IMG/VR virus record: IMGVR_UViG_3300009826_000018
Span: 1 to 64,000 of that record
Reading direction: 5' to 3' (one strand)
DNA length: 64,000 nt
DNA from: an uncultured virus (IMG/VR IMGVR_UViG_3300009826_000018)
Lineage: Duplodnaviria > Heunggongvirae > Uroviricota > Caudoviricetes
This document shows, piece after piece, positions 47,410-58,735 of this stretch (positions are counted from its first letter, which is position 1; the number at the start of each line of letters is the position of its first letter). The notes under the pieces are model-generated. The model was given only the letters and a program-made list of their open reading frames with translations, was not told where the DNA came from and did no database searches. Made by a program: the position numbers and the translations under genes.

Positions 47410-50400
47410 TTAGGAAGGACAGTTTGAACCTATTGCTACAATTCTAGCGGTTGGCCAAGATGGTGTTCCGTTCCCCCAATGATTAGTTGATCTATATTGG
47501 TTTATAGAACCTTCCGGTACTTTCAAACAACAATTAGTAAGTGTTATTCCACCAAATGTGTTGTTTTCAATTGCTTGTGGTACTGTGCGATTATTTATAA
47601 CTTCTACTAACGCAGTACAACCCCGAAAAACACCCACTTCTATTGTTGCAACATTACTACCAATATTTATGTTTGTTATACTTGTACAATTTTCAAAAGA
47701 ACCACTTGCCGTATTACTATACGATGTGTTGTTTCCATTTAATCTTGTAACCGTATTAGGAATAAAAAGAGTTGTTAAAGAACTACAACCACGAAAAGCG
47801 GCGGCGTTAATAGTTGTAATATTGCTTGGTATGGTTAGTGATGTTAAAGCACTACAACCCGAAAAACATGAAATAGGTATTGTTGTAAAACTACTGTGTG
47901 TTGAAAGAGTTATTGAAGTCAATCTACTACAACCTCTGAATGGACCATCAGCGTCGGTACTACTTTGCCAACCACTACTAGACATAGTTGTAACACTATT
48001 GGGTATAACAAGTGAAGTTAAACGATTGCAATTCATAAAACAAGCCGCCCCAATTGTTGTAACAGTTTCCGGTATATTTATTGAGGTTAAAAAATTATTA
48101 TTTTCAACCCCATTATCTAGTGTACCACAATTTCTAAAAGTATATGTTCCTATGTGTGTAAAATTAGTGCTTGTTGGGAACGTTATTGAACTTAAACGAG
48201 TACAAGCATCAAATGTATAAGACCCCACACCATTAGTACCTGTTATTGAATTAGGAAGAACTATTGAAGTCAGTTGATTACAACCTTGAAAAGTATAATT
48301 ACCAACTGTTGTGAGTGAGTTTGGTAAAACTATTGAAGTTAAAAAATTATTATTTTCAACCCCACTATCTAGTGTACCACAAGATGCAAAAGTATAACCA
48401 CCAATTGATGTAAGTGAATTTGAAAGAATTATTGAACTTAAACGGGTACAATTTTGAAAAGTATTACTACCAACTGTTGTGAGTGAGTTTGGTAAAACTA
48501 TTGAAGTTAGAAATTTAGTTCGGTTATCCGTTAAACCATTATCTGTTACACCACAACCCCTAAAAGTATGGCTACCAATAGTTGTAAATGTGTTATTTGT
48601 TGGGAATGTTATTGAACCTAAACGAGTACAAGCATCAAATGTGTAATTACCAACATTAATTAGTGAATTTGTTAAAACTATTGAAGTTAAAGGTGAGGTA
48701 GCATTTGTACCACAATTATTAAAAGTATAATCACCAATACGTAACAAATTACTTGGAAGTGTTATTGAATTTAAGCGTGTGTTGTTTTGAAAAGTATAAT
48801 TTCCAATTAAAGAATTTGTTGAAACAACGACCGTTGGGGGTTCAGTATACCCACTGCCACCATTACTAACACTTACGGAACCAATTACACCCTCACCTAC
48901 AATACTACTTGTAGTTATATTAACAGTTGCTGTTGCACCACTACCATCTCCGCCAACAAATGAAATATCTGTGTTATTGGGTATGTATCCAACACCCCCG
49001 TTATTAACTGTAACACCTGTAACAACACCGTTAGCGTTGATATTAGCAGTTAATACTGCACCACTACCACGCCCCTTTAAACCTGTTCCAAAAACCACGC
49101 TTGGTATAAAATTACTAAAAGCGGTAGATAAAGAGGCAAAAGCAAAATCACCAATATTTTCCAAAGAATTAGGTAAGACTAAAGCAGATTCCAATGAACG
49201 ACAGTCGAAAAAGGCGTATTCCCCAATGCTTTTTAATACTTGTGTTTGTAAATTCAACACCTTTAACCCCTGACAACGATTAAATGAACTAACACCAATT
49301 GTTTCTACTCCTGTTCCGATAGTTAAATTAATCATTCCAATACAATTATGAAAAGCAAGATCAGCAATTGATTTAACTGAATTTGGTATAACAACAGGTT
49401 CTAATACGGAACAACCTTGAAAAGCACTAACCCCAATACTTTCAACTAAATTACCAATGGTTAGATTTACCAACTTAGTACATTCAAAAAAACTATGGTT
49501 TCCAATTGTTTTTACCCCATTCCCAATTATTACTGTAACTAAATCAAGACACTGATAAAAAACATTAGTACCAAGCGTTACAACGGAATCAGGTATATTA
49601 AGGGTTGTTATTCCTGTTGCTTGAAATGCACCCGCATCAATTTTTATAACAGAATTAGGTATAGCAGCAGATGTTAACTTAATACAGTTTTTAAATGAAC
49701 TAATACCAATCTCTTTAACCGAAGTGGGGATTGTTACCGATGTTAAATTATAACAATCAACAAAAAGATTATCCTCAATTTTAGTTATTTGGTTCGGAAT
49801 AATTATTGAAATTAAACCACTACCTTGAAACGCACCAACCCCAATTTCTTTAACAGAATTAGGTATGGTTATTGTTTCTAAATTATCACAACCAAGAAAA
49901 ACATGGTTTTCAATAATTTCCACTGAATTTGGTATATTTATGGTATCTAAAAAACGACATTGCCAAAAAGCATTTTGTCTAATTATTTTAACAGAATTAC
50001 CTAAAACCACTGTGGTTAAATCAGTGCACCCAAAAAAAGCGTTTTGTTTAATTTCCGTAACAAGATTAGGAATAGTTATTGTTTCTAAACCACTACAACC
50101 TTGAAAAGTAAATTCGTTTATAACTGTAATTCCTGAAGGAATAACAATACCAATTAAATTACGACATTTTCCAAAAGCACCCGCACCAATAGAAGTAACG
50201 CCGCTTGGAATGGTGATTGCCTCCATAAGAACACAACCATAAAATGCGTTATTATCAATTTTTACTACTGTTGGGGGTATGGTAACACTTTTTAATTTTC
50301 TACAACTTTGAAATAACCCCATAGATATTATGGTAATACTATTTGGTAAAATCACATTAGTTAGATTATTACAAACACGGAAAGCATATGCACCTATTTC

Positions 50401-53400
50401 TGTAATATTGTTATTAAGTGTTATTTGTGATAAATATTCACAATCTGAAAACACAAATGAACCAATTTCTGTGATATTATTAGGGATAATAATATTAAGT
50501 AAACCACTACCAAAGAAAACACCTTCCTCAATTTTTGTATAAGTTATTGAAGTTGGGAGAGTAATATATTCCAACTTTATACATCTTTGAAAACAATATT
50601 TTCCTATTTCTAATATTGAATTTGGTAAATTTATACTCTTTAAAACAACACAATTTCTAAAAGCAAAATTACCTATTATTTTAATTGTATTCGGAAGAAC
50701 AACAATCTCTAATCCCGAACACCCTTGAAAAGCACGATCCTCAATCACTTCAAGTGAATTACCAATAGTAATTTCCTCCAAAGACGTTGAATTGATAAAA
50801 GTATTTTCTTTAATTTCTTTAACCATATTACCAATAACAACTTTTTTCAATCCTTGTGGAAATAATGCCCATGTACCCTCACGATATAATATCATTCCAA
50901 TATATACTTCTTCAATTGGACTATTATTAAACGGTGTATTGTTTCCCAACATTGTTAATACCCCCTCACCATCATTGAAAGTAACAATTCTTAATCTAAT
51001 ACACCCATGAAAAGCATTAGTTCCCAATGTTATTACTGAATTTGGTATTATTACAGAAGTTAATCCTATACAACCCGAAAATGCATCAACATCAATAATT
51101 TCTACTGAATTACCAATTATTACAGAAGTTAATCCTATACAACCCTGAAATGCACCAACACCCAATGTTATTACTGAATTTGGTATTATTACAGAAGTTA
51201 ATCTTGTACAACCCTGAAATGCGCTCACCCCAATTTCTTCTACTGAATTACCAATAGTTAGATTAACTAAATTAGTGCGTGTAGTAAAAGCATTATTTAC
51301 AATTGTTGTAACAGTATTACCAATAATAACACTTCTTATGGGTAAATTAAATAACGCCCATGTTCCGTTATTCCGAATAATATTTCTTCCAATATATACC
51401 TCTTCAATTGGGCAACCATTAAATGTGCTACTACTATCTGTTGCATTATTTCCACTACCGTTTAGTGTCAAAAGTGTTGCACCATCATTTATTGTTAATT
51501 TTCGTAATTTTGCACAACCAGCAAAAACATTTTGGGATATTGAAGTCACTGAACCACCAATAACAACATCTTCTAACGAAGTACAACCATTAAATGCAAA
51601 ATCACCCAATGTTGTAAGCGATTCCCCTATTGTGATATCCAATAAACCTGTACAACTTTGAAATGCGCCGTGTGTACTACTATTATTTCCACCACCAATT
51701 GTTGTTACAGTATTTGGTATTGTCACAGAAGTTAAACCGAAACAATTTCTAAATGCACTATGTTCTATTGTTGTGAGACTATTACCAAAAATTGCGGTTA
51801 ATAAACTTGTACAACCGGAAAATGCTGTGTGCCCAATTGTTGTAACATTATTTGGAATAACCAATGAAATTAGGTTTGCACAACCCTGAAAAGCATTGTT
51901 TCCTATTGTTACAACCGAATTACCAATTGTAACATCAATTAAATTACCACACGATTGAAAGGCATTATTACCTATTCTTGTAACAGCATTACCAATATGA
52001 ATAGAAAATGTGTTTGTACACGATTGAAAGGCATTATTACCTATTTCAGTAATATTTCTACCAACAATTATTCTTCTAACATTGCTATAATGTGTGTTAT
52101 TTCTCCATGGTTGAGAAGCACTATTATCTGAAATAATCCCTTCCCCTTGAACACATAAAGCGTAGTTATGACATATTTTCCATGTTACACTACCAACTGT
52201 CCCCGATGCCAATGGTTCTTCACAATAACAAAATTCTTCTTCAATATCAAATGCTTCAATATTTTGAAAATTTCTCCAAATATTTGCTACCTTGTAAGAT
52301 GTAAGTGATTCTGCTGGTACTAAAACTAAACAAGTGTTATAATTCACACCGTGTTCAAAAACCGTTTGATTAATTACTTGTGGTGTCATCGCATAATTAG
52401 CAATTCTACTTAAAGATGGGCAATAAGCAAATGCACCAGGTCCAATATTTATACAGGATTCACCGAGAGTGATACTATTTAATAAAGTACATCCAACAAA
52501 ACACTCCCTACCTAACGTGTTAGTTAAAAATGGTAGATTGGCACTAACCAAACTTCTACAATTAGCAAATGCACCATCCCCAATTCTTTCAACTAAATTA
52601 CCAATAGTTATGTTTGTTAAACTAAAACAATCTTTAAAAGCAGCATCATCAACCGTTCTAACTGAATTTGGTATATTAAATTGTGTTAAACTTTTACATT
52701 CAGCAAAAGCAAATGCGCCAATACTCCTAACAAGTCTTCCGATAGTTACATTTGCTAAATCATCACATCTTAAAAAAAGATTATCAGATATTATAGTAAC
52801 CGAATCGGGAATTATCATTTCTTTTAACTTCCAATTATGTGCAAACGCACTTTTCCCAAGTGTTGTAACCGAATTGGGAAGTTTCATTTCAGTAATTTTT
52901 TCCAACCCCGAAAGCGCACTATTACCAATTGTAACAACCGAATTTCCGATTGTTATTACAGATACATTTTTACAACCCATAAAAGCGTGATTACCTATTG
53001 TTGTAACCGAATTGGGTATAGTGATTTCAGTTAAACTTTCACACCCCAAAAATGCGTCATCCCCAATAGATATTACTGAATTAGGGATAGTAAGATAAAA
53101 TACTTTGGAAAATTCATCAAAAGCGTGATTACCTATTGTTGTAACACCTCTTCCTATGATAATTCTTTCGACTACATTCGCATATTCTCTCCATTCACCA
53201 ACTATTTCTTCCGGCATTGGTCCATTACCCAATATACACAAAGATTTATAAGCAGGACATATTCCCCAAGTTAAATTTCCGATTACACCGGTTGCCAACT
53301 TATCATCGCAAATACAAAACACCTCTTCTTCATCATACCATATTTCGTTTATCATTTCACCCAAAACATTTGCTAAAACAGTGGCGGTAATTTCATTAAC

Positions 53401-53706
53401 GATTTTAGTCTGAATAGAATTAAGAAGGGTATTCACAGATTTTTCTTCATGAAACCACAACCTTTCTGTTATTCCAACAAGAAGGTTGCGCATAGTTTCA
53501 TCTTTAATGGGGTGCATTAAAGTATTTATCGGTAGAGAACCATTGATTTGCGTTTTCAATAATTCTTCGTAAACCAATCCTTTTTCACCACACACATAAT
53601 GTATAATATCATATAAACATTCTCGCGCAATTTGTGCTGTCACTAGTTTAGACGTGTTTTGATATATTTTAGATTCAACAATACCAATTAAAATTTCTCT
53701 TGTCAT
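47410..53706 (-). CDS. Giant BspA/TpLRR-type leucine-rich-repeat protein (LRR_5), probably virion-associated adhesin
   Basis: Dozens of 23-aa repeats LxxIxIPNSVxxIGxxAFxxC; 2098 aa; TATTTATA upstream. Confidence 0.92.
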   Translation of the reverse strand: MTREILIGIVESKIYQNTSKLVTAQIARECLYDIIHYVCGEKGLVYEELLKTQINGSLPINTLMHPIKDETMRNLLVGITERLWFHEEKSVNTLLNSIQTKIVNEITATVLANVLGEMINEIWYDEEEVFCICDDKLATGVIGNLTWGICPAYKSLCILGNGPMPEEIVGEWREYANVVERIIIGRGVTTIGNHAFDEFSKVFYLTIPNSVISIGDDAFLGCESLTEITIPNSVTTIGNHAFMGCKNVSVITIGNSVVTIGNSALSGLEKITEMKLPNSVTTLGKSAFAHNWKLKEMIIPDSVTIISDNLFLRCDDLANVTIGRLVRSIGAFAFAECKSLTQFNIPNSVRTVDDAAFKDCFSLTNITIGNLVERIGDGAFANCRSLVSANLPFLTNTLGRECFVGCTLLNSITLGESCINIGPGAFAYCPSLSRIANYAMTPQVINQTVFEHGVNYNTCLVLVPAESLTSYKVANIWRNFQNIEAFDIEEEFCYCEEPLASGTVGSVTWKICHNYALCVQGEGIISDNSASQPWRNNTHYSNVRRIIVGRNITEIGNNAFQSCTNTFSIHIGNAVTRIGNNAFQSCGNLIDVTIGNSVVTIGNNAFQGCANLISLVIPNNVTTIGHTAFSGCTSLLTAIFGNSLTTIEHSAFRNCFGLTSVTIPNTVTTIGGGNNSSTHGAFQSCTGLLDITIGESLTTLGDFAFNGCTSLEDVVIGGSVTSISQNVFAGCAKLRKLTINDGATLLTLNGSGNNATDSSSTFNGCPIEEVYIGRNIIRNNGTWALFNLPIRSVIIGNTVTTIVNNAFTTRTNLVNLTIGNSVEEIGVSAFQGCTRLTSVIIPNSVITLGVGAFQGCIGLTSVIIGNSVEIIDVDAFSGCIGLTSVIIPNSVITLGTNAFHGCIRLRIVTFNDGEGVLTMLGNNTPFNNSPIEEVYIGMILYREGTWALFPQGLKKVVIGNMVKEIKENTFINSTSLEEITIGNSLEVIEDRAFQGCSGLEIVVLPNTIKIIGNFAFRNCVVLKSINLPNSILEIGKYCFQRCIKLEYITLPTSITYTKIEEGVFFGSGLLNIIIPNNITEIGSFVFSDCEYLSQITLNNNITEIGAYAFRVCNNLTNVILPNSITIISMGLFQSCRKLKSVTIPPTVVKIDNNAFYGCVLMEAITIPSGVTSIGAGAFGKCRNLIGIVIPSGITVINEFTFQGCSGLETITIPNLVTEIKQNAFFGCTDLTTVVLGNSVKIIRQNAFWQCRFLDTINIPNSVEIIENHVFLGCDNLETITIPNSVKEIGVGAFQGSGLISIIIPNQITKIEDNLFVDCYNLTSVTIPTSVKEIGISSFKNCIKLTSAAIPNSVIKIDAGAFQATGITTLNIPDSVVTLGTNVFYQCLDLVTVIIGNGVKTIGNHSFFECTKLVNLTIGNLVESIGVSAFQGCSVLEPVVIPNSVKSIADLAFHNCIGMINLTIGTGVETIGVSSFNRCQGLKVLNLQTQVLKSIGEYAFFDCRSLESALVLPNSLENIGDFAFASLSTAFSNFIPSVVFGTGLKGRGSGAVLTANINANGVVTGVTVNNGGVGYIPNNTDISFVGGDGSGATATVNITTSSIVGEGVIGSVSVSNGGSGYTEPPTVVVSTNSLIGNYTFQNNTRLNSITLPSNLLRIGDYTFNNCGTNATSPLTSIVLTNSLINVGNYTFDACTRLGSITFPTNNTFTTIGSHTFRGCGVTDNGLTDNRTKFLTSIVLPNSLTTVGSNTFQNCTRLSSIILSNSLTSIGGYTFASCGTLDSGVENNNFLTSIVLPNSLTTVGNYTFQGCNQLTSIVLPNSITGTNGVGSYTFDACTRLSSITFPTSTNFTHIGTYTFRNCGTLDNGVENNNFLTSINIPETVTTIGAACFMNCNRLTSLVIPNSVTTMSSSGWQSSTDADGPFRGCSRLTSITLSTHSSFTTIPISCFSGCSALTSLTIPSNITTINAAAFRGCSSLTTLFIPNTVTRLNGNNTSYSNTASGSFENCTSITNINIGSNVATIEVGVFRGCTALVEVINNRTVPQAIENNTFGGITLTNCCLKVPEGSINQYRSTNHWGNGTPSWPTARIVAIGSNCPS
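51023..51203 (-). repeat. 43-bp identical direct repeat within LRR gene (period 138 nt = 2 LRR units)
   Basis: CCCAATGTTATTACTGAATTTGGTATTATTACAGAAGTTAATC at 51023 and 51161. Confidence 0.8.
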
Positions 53707-53741
53707 TTTACTTTAATTTATTTATTATAAATATTATTTTT

Positions 53742-56700
53742 TTAGATTTCTTCTGCTGTTATTACAATATTAATATTATTAACTATTTCTTCATTACCAA
53801 AGAAACATAATCTTTCTATTGTTCCTTGTACTTCTCCGTATATAATATCAACAACAATTGTTCTACTACCACTAAATGTTATTTTAACCCCACCATGTGG
53901 TATTGTACTTGATTTGGGTATTAAAGTTACTACACCGGACGTTTGTAGTGGTGTTTCAACACCCGCAATTTTAAGTGTACCATTTGCTCTTGTAACACTA
54001 TCTTCACCAAAATTTGGTCTTAAATTAACCGTTGGTGTAATGGTTGTTGTTCCAAAAGCATAACATTCAGCATCCGAAGTTGCTGTCCAATTTCCTGTCA
54101 TATCAATAACACCCGTATAACCAAAGAATGTCCCACCAAATACCGCCCAACCTTTTTTAATGGCAATATTTTTATCACATAAATCAATATGTGGGTTTCC
54201 ACCAATTCTAACTTGTCCGTAGGTTACTGTGGGTAAACTTCGGAACATACTATCCAATTCTTCTCTAAACAATAAGTTACCACTAACATTTATATATCTA
54301 ATATCTTTGTTTTTGGATACATCAAATTGCATTAAAAATCCGGCAATACAATTAATATGTGTAATAGAAGAGTTTGTATAGATACCAATACAATGAACAT
54401 GCCTTGCTCTATAATCCATTCTTACTCTTGTTTCCCCACCCGTTAATGTTATTTTGGTAATAGCTGTTTCCCCGCTTGCAAAAACTTCGGTTACAGGTAC
54501 ACCAGGTATGGGCATCCCCCAATGAATATAAGCATCACCCGCACTACCTGTTATTTCTAAATAAAGTGGTGCTTGTCTATCAATATTAGACAATTTATTT
54601 GTTACCATAAGAGTATTCAAAGGTAAACCATTATATGTTTTAGCAACTTCTCTACGCCCAAAATGAATGTGGTTATTCCACGATCTATTTTGATTGGATG
54701 CGTTACGTGGATAAGTACTACTAAAATTACTTTCACGACCTTGATAATGATCGTCTATCACATCAAATTTATCGCTTGTGTGCATATTTTCAATTTTTGC
54801 TGGTTGAAATGGGCTATTATAATTAGCGGGTAAATATGGTATAACATGTGTTTTATCTGGTCCAAATTGAAAATCTAATTCAGAAGAAACAAAATTACCA
54901 TATTCATTTACTTGCCACACCACTACTGCTGTATTACCACACGCAAATATCAAATCTTTAAATAAAAATATATGACGATATCTATTAATATCACTACTAT
55001 TTACCATCCCAATACTAGCAATTGCATTAGTACCACGATGTATATAGTTACCATATAAATCCGACCAATAATAAACTTGGGAATTACGCCCGGCACTTTG
55101 ATTTGATGTATTTGCTGTTGAAAATAAAAATCTTCTATTGAAATTAGGTTCAAATATTATTCGACATAAACTTCTAATATCAGTTTCCGCACCTGTTGTA
55201 AGATTACTTCTGTATTTTGCATCATATTCATTCATAACACCTGTCGTAAAATCAAACACAGTACATAAGTTAGTACTATTAGCAGTTGTTCCTGTTATAC
55301 CCCATAATATTCCATTATTATCAAAAGTAATATCTATTATATTATTTTCTGTGTTTCTTGTAGTACCCAATAAAGTCTGAACACCCGTTGTTATATTAAC
55401 AGAATAAATATCCCTGGTATTAGCATAATATAATAAATTTCCTGGTCTAGGTAGAACTTTTACGATAGCAGTTGTGCTTGTTAAAACGTTTGTTATACTT
55501 TGTAAATTATCAGATTCACGTAATAATTGTGTTCCTCTAATAAAATAAAATCTTCCATCTAAATGTTCGGCGTGTTGTTCAAATTGTGTTATATTATCTG
55601 TTTCATTTACGAATGAAAAAAATAAATCTATACTATTTAGTTCAGAATTATATTTATAAACATTACCACTATGAAATATATAAATTCTATCATTACAAGT
55701 ATTATTAGTAACAAGCGTTGGTGCGGTGTTATTACCACCTATATTCATAACGGAACCCGATTCTGAATCATCCCATTTGCGCCATCTTCTTAGTGTGGAA
55801 TTACCTTCAACTGTACCATGTAGAAGTTTTGTTTGTGTTCCAATACCACAATGTGTGTAGTTAATCTCATCAATTGGGGCGTTGGATAATCTAAAACTAT
55901 TTGAACCAACTAATCTCATAACCCCACCACGGGCATTAGAAACAAGATAAAATTCTTTATCATTCCGCATTGGTAATACATAACTCATTGAAGACACATT
56001 TGAGGGAACACGATTCAGTGGCATAATATTAGGTAAATGGGCATTATATAACACATGTGTACCAATATTTGCTGTGCTTTGTGTTGGTGTTATATTAGTA
56101 ATTGTATCAAGTTCATGTAAGAATGTTACAGAAAAATCAGAATTTAGACGATACAATCGTGGGTTATATTCATTATGATTTGCTAATATACACGACATAC
56201 CATCCATATAAAAGTGTGAATTTAATGTATAATTTGTATCCAAACCCGTTATGGAAACAACCTCATTATCTTTCAATATTTGGTTATTTGTAAGTATAAG
56301 ATAAGTTGGTGTAGATTCGTCATATTTATTTGAAAAATAATCAGAATAAGTACCCATATTACTCCCACCACTAATATTTCCTATTTGTTCGTAAGAAAGG
56401 TTATATACAACAAAACTACTACCCGACCCAATATAAATGTTATTTAATACCTTATAAACATGGTTGAGTGTTGGAATTATTGGGGTTTCCATATTATGTC
56501 TATTTAATGTGGTTGCTATACCTGTTGATAAATTATATTCTATTATAGCAGAATGACCAGCATTGATTATAGATATTAATATTTTTTCCTCATTTACTTG
56601 AATAAATCTAAGTGTAAATTGTGTTATTTGTGAGGTTGCCAAACCACCCATTATTGTTCCCCAATCAGGTGGTATTACCTGTCTGTTAGTGTTTGTCACA

Positions 56701-58703
56701 ACATCATATATCCAACATTGTATTGTACCACTAGTTCTATTCAAATAAACCATAAAACGGTTATAGGTGTGATATCCTAGACTAGGACTAAAAAAATCGG
56801 GTATAGTGCTATTACCACTACTTGTAATAACAGGTAATGCGGATTGTATACTAGAAACTAATTCAAATGTTAATTTATTGAATTTTAATATTCGATGTAT
56901 AAGCATAGTGTTACTACTAAGACTACCAATATTTGGGTAATAATGTCTAGTTAACCCATGCATAATAACTAAAAACGTGATAGTTTCTTCTTCTTCATAT
57001 AAAAGTATTGGTCTCACAAATGGTGGACCATATACACCAGTACTATAATCACTGTTAGCCGCACTAATACTAGAAAAACTTGTTGGTGGTGTTGCTAAAT
57101 CCGGTTTAAATAATATGTTTCTATTACTAACAACATCCCACGAATACGAAGAAACGTTATAACGTGACACAACAAGATGTAATGATATATTACCTACAGT
57201 ATAATCCCAACCACTCCAAGAAAAATTACCAACATTAGAAAAGTTGACTCTATATATATCTCCACCATAATTCAATAAATAATTAGTGTTTAAACCCATA
57301 TCGGGTACAGTAAATCCGTTTGGTGCGGTGGCAGTTGGGTTACGATGCATATATGATTTTTGATGTGTTTGTAATAATTGTAATCTATCTACTTTATCAA
57401 CAAAATAAACCGGAAAGATTGGTGTACCACTATTCCCAACAGTACCATATGTATAAACCCTATCACCAACAATAACCGGTACATCGCAAACTCTATGTAA
57501 TGCGTTTCCATCACACATTCTGGTTTGAGCAGACACAAATTCCCCACCATATTCAATAAAAGCAAACGCTGTGTGCATAAAATGATCGTTTAGCGACCCA
57601 CTAATTGAACCACTTCTATTTATAACACGTTTTTTTAGTGTATCTACAAATACAAAAAAAGAATATTGGTTAAATGAACCTGTTTTTGTACTAGTTGGGT
57701 TGTTTTGGATTCTTGGAGAAGAAATATTAACATACCGTCTACATTGAGTTGGTCTAACATACCAAGTAGTTATATCAGAACTATGTTGCCCCATATCATG
57801 TGTTTGAACTTCATCATTATCTAAATCACGAATTTTTAATTCTATTCTATTATTAACAGTGTTTCTTCTTAAAGAAACAAAACAGTTATTTGCATAATAA
57901 AATCCGAGTGTGTTGGTATTAGAAACCTGATCTGATACCATTTTAAATGTATTGTCATTTACATTATACATTAAAATAGCATTATTTGATGTACATAAAA
58001 ATTTACCGTCACCAATATTTGGTAATGTTTCACTCCCATTATAACCATATAATGTCCACCTTTCTTCATTAAAACCAACCCCCGTGTGTGATAATGTTGT
58101 TGTTGCTGTTGTTGGAAAACTACCTATTTCAATAAAATCCATATCATAAATTCTACTATTACAATAGAATTTATCATCATAAAAATATCCGTGAAAAAGT
58201 CGTGAAGTGCCGGTTATAGCATCTGTTACTAATCTTGGGTAGTTTTCTAATATTTTGTATTCAGCATATGGGTCTTCTTGTGTTTCATACACCAATATTG
58301 CATGCGCATCTGTTGTATTATTATTACACAAAAATATTACACCTTCCTTATGTAAACCACCAACGCTACAATTTGTTAATACAAACTCATTAATTCTTAA
58401 CATATAAACAAGTCGTATTGGACTACACACGCTTGAATATTGAATAACTTGATTATTATAATAATATGCTGTGTTTCTTGTTGGGGAATACACATGATTA
58501 ACTATATCAGCGTATCGTAAGTTTGTTGGGTTATGAGGAACCATCCCTTGTAACACCGGTTCCTTTGTTCCTTCCCAAGTCAACATTGCAACAGATGGTG
58601 TAAACACATATTCTGCTGTATATCTATTATCATTTTCCGCTGTGGTCAGATTATCAGATAACGTACACTCAAATTTTAAATTTTTATATGGATAATGTGC
58701 CAT
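53742..58703 (-). CDS. Large beta-rich (propeller-like) putative tail/adsorption protein with short C-terminal LRR-like segment
   Basis: 1653 aa, Asn/Thr/Tyr-rich beta pattern, FDVSKNKDIRYINVSGNLL; co-oriented between Ig and LRR genes. Confidence 0.55.
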   Translation of the reverse strand: MAHYPYKNLKFECTLSDNLTTAENDNRYTAEYVFTPSVAMLTWEGTKEPVLQGMVPHNPTNLRYADIVNHVYSPTRNTAYYYNNQVIQYSSVCSPIRLVYMLRINEFVLTNCSVGGLHKEGVIFLCNNNTTDAHAILVYETQEDPYAEYKILENYPRLVTDAITGTSRLFHGYFYDDKFYCNSRIYDMDFIEIGSFPTTATTTLSHTGVGFNEERWTLYGYNGSETLPNIGDGKFLCTSNNAILMYNVNDNTFKMVSDQVSNTNTLGFYYANNCFVSLRRNTVNNRIELKIRDLDNDEVQTHDMGQHSSDITTWYVRPTQCRRYVNISSPRIQNNPTSTKTGSFNQYSFFVFVDTLKKRVINRSGSISGSLNDHFMHTAFAFIEYGGEFVSAQTRMCDGNALHRVCDVPVIVGDRVYTYGTVGNSGTPIFPVYFVDKVDRLQLLQTHQKSYMHRNPTATAPNGFTVPDMGLNTNYLLNYGGDIYRVNFSNVGNFSWSGWDYTVGNISLHLVVSRYNVSSYSWDVVSNRNILFKPDLATPPTSFSSISAANSDYSTGVYGPPFVRPILLYEEEETITFLVIMHGLTRHYYPNIGSLSSNTMLIHRILKFNKLTFELVSSIQSALPVITSSGNSTIPDFFSPSLGYHTYNRFMVYLNRTSGTIQCWIYDVVTNTNRQVIPPDWGTIMGGLATSQITQFTLRFIQVNEEKILISIINAGHSAIIEYNLSTGIATTLNRHNMETPIIPTLNHVYKVLNNIYIGSGSSFVVYNLSYEQIGNISGGSNMGTYSDYFSNKYDESTPTYLILTNNQILKDNEVVSITGLDTNYTLNSHFYMDGMSCILANHNEYNPRLYRLNSDFSVTFLHELDTITNITPTQSTANIGTHVLYNAHLPNIMPLNRVPSNVSSMSYVLPMRNDKEFYLVSNARGGVMRLVGSNSFRLSNAPIDEINYTHCGIGTQTKLLHGTVEGNSTLRRWRKWDDSESGSVMNIGGNNTAPTLVTNNTCNDRIYIFHSGNVYKYNSELNSIDLFFSFVNETDNITQFEQHAEHLDGRFYFIRGTQLLRESDNLQSITNVLTSTTAIVKVLPRPGNLLYYANTRDIYSVNITTGVQTLLGTTRNTENNIIDITFDNNGILWGITGTTANSTNLCTVFDFTTGVMNEYDAKYRSNLTTGAETDIRSLCRIIFEPNFNRRFLFSTANTSNQSAGRNSQVYYWSDLYGNYIHRGTNAIASIGMVNSSDINRYRHIFLFKDLIFACGNTAVVVWQVNEYGNFVSSELDFQFGPDKTHVIPYLPANYNSPFQPAKIENMHTSDKFDVIDDHYQGRESNFSSTYPRNASNQNRSWNNHIHFGRREVAKTYNGLPLNTLMVTNKLSNIDRQAPLYLEITGSAGDAYIHWGMPIPGVPVTEVFASGETAITKITLTGGETRVRMDYRARHVHCIGIYTNSSITHINCIAGFLMQFDVSKNKDIRYINVSGNLLFREELDSMFRSLPTVTYGQVRIGGNPHIDLCDKNIAIKKGWAVFGGTFFGYTGVIDMTGNWTATSDAECYAFGTTTITPTVNLRPNFGEDSVTRANGTLKIAGVETPLQTSGVVTLIPKSSTIPHGGVKITFSGSRTIVVDIIYGEVQGTIERLCFFGNEEIVNNINIVITAEEI

Positions 58704-58735
58704 TTTGTTATATTTTTTTATTTATTTATTTTCAA

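Noticed and set aside
47558..52990. Long + strand ORFs antisense to the LRR gene (and similar shadow ORFs elsewhere)
   Set aside because: They mirror the codon periodicity of the repeats on the opposite strand and lack leaders or recognisable motifs.
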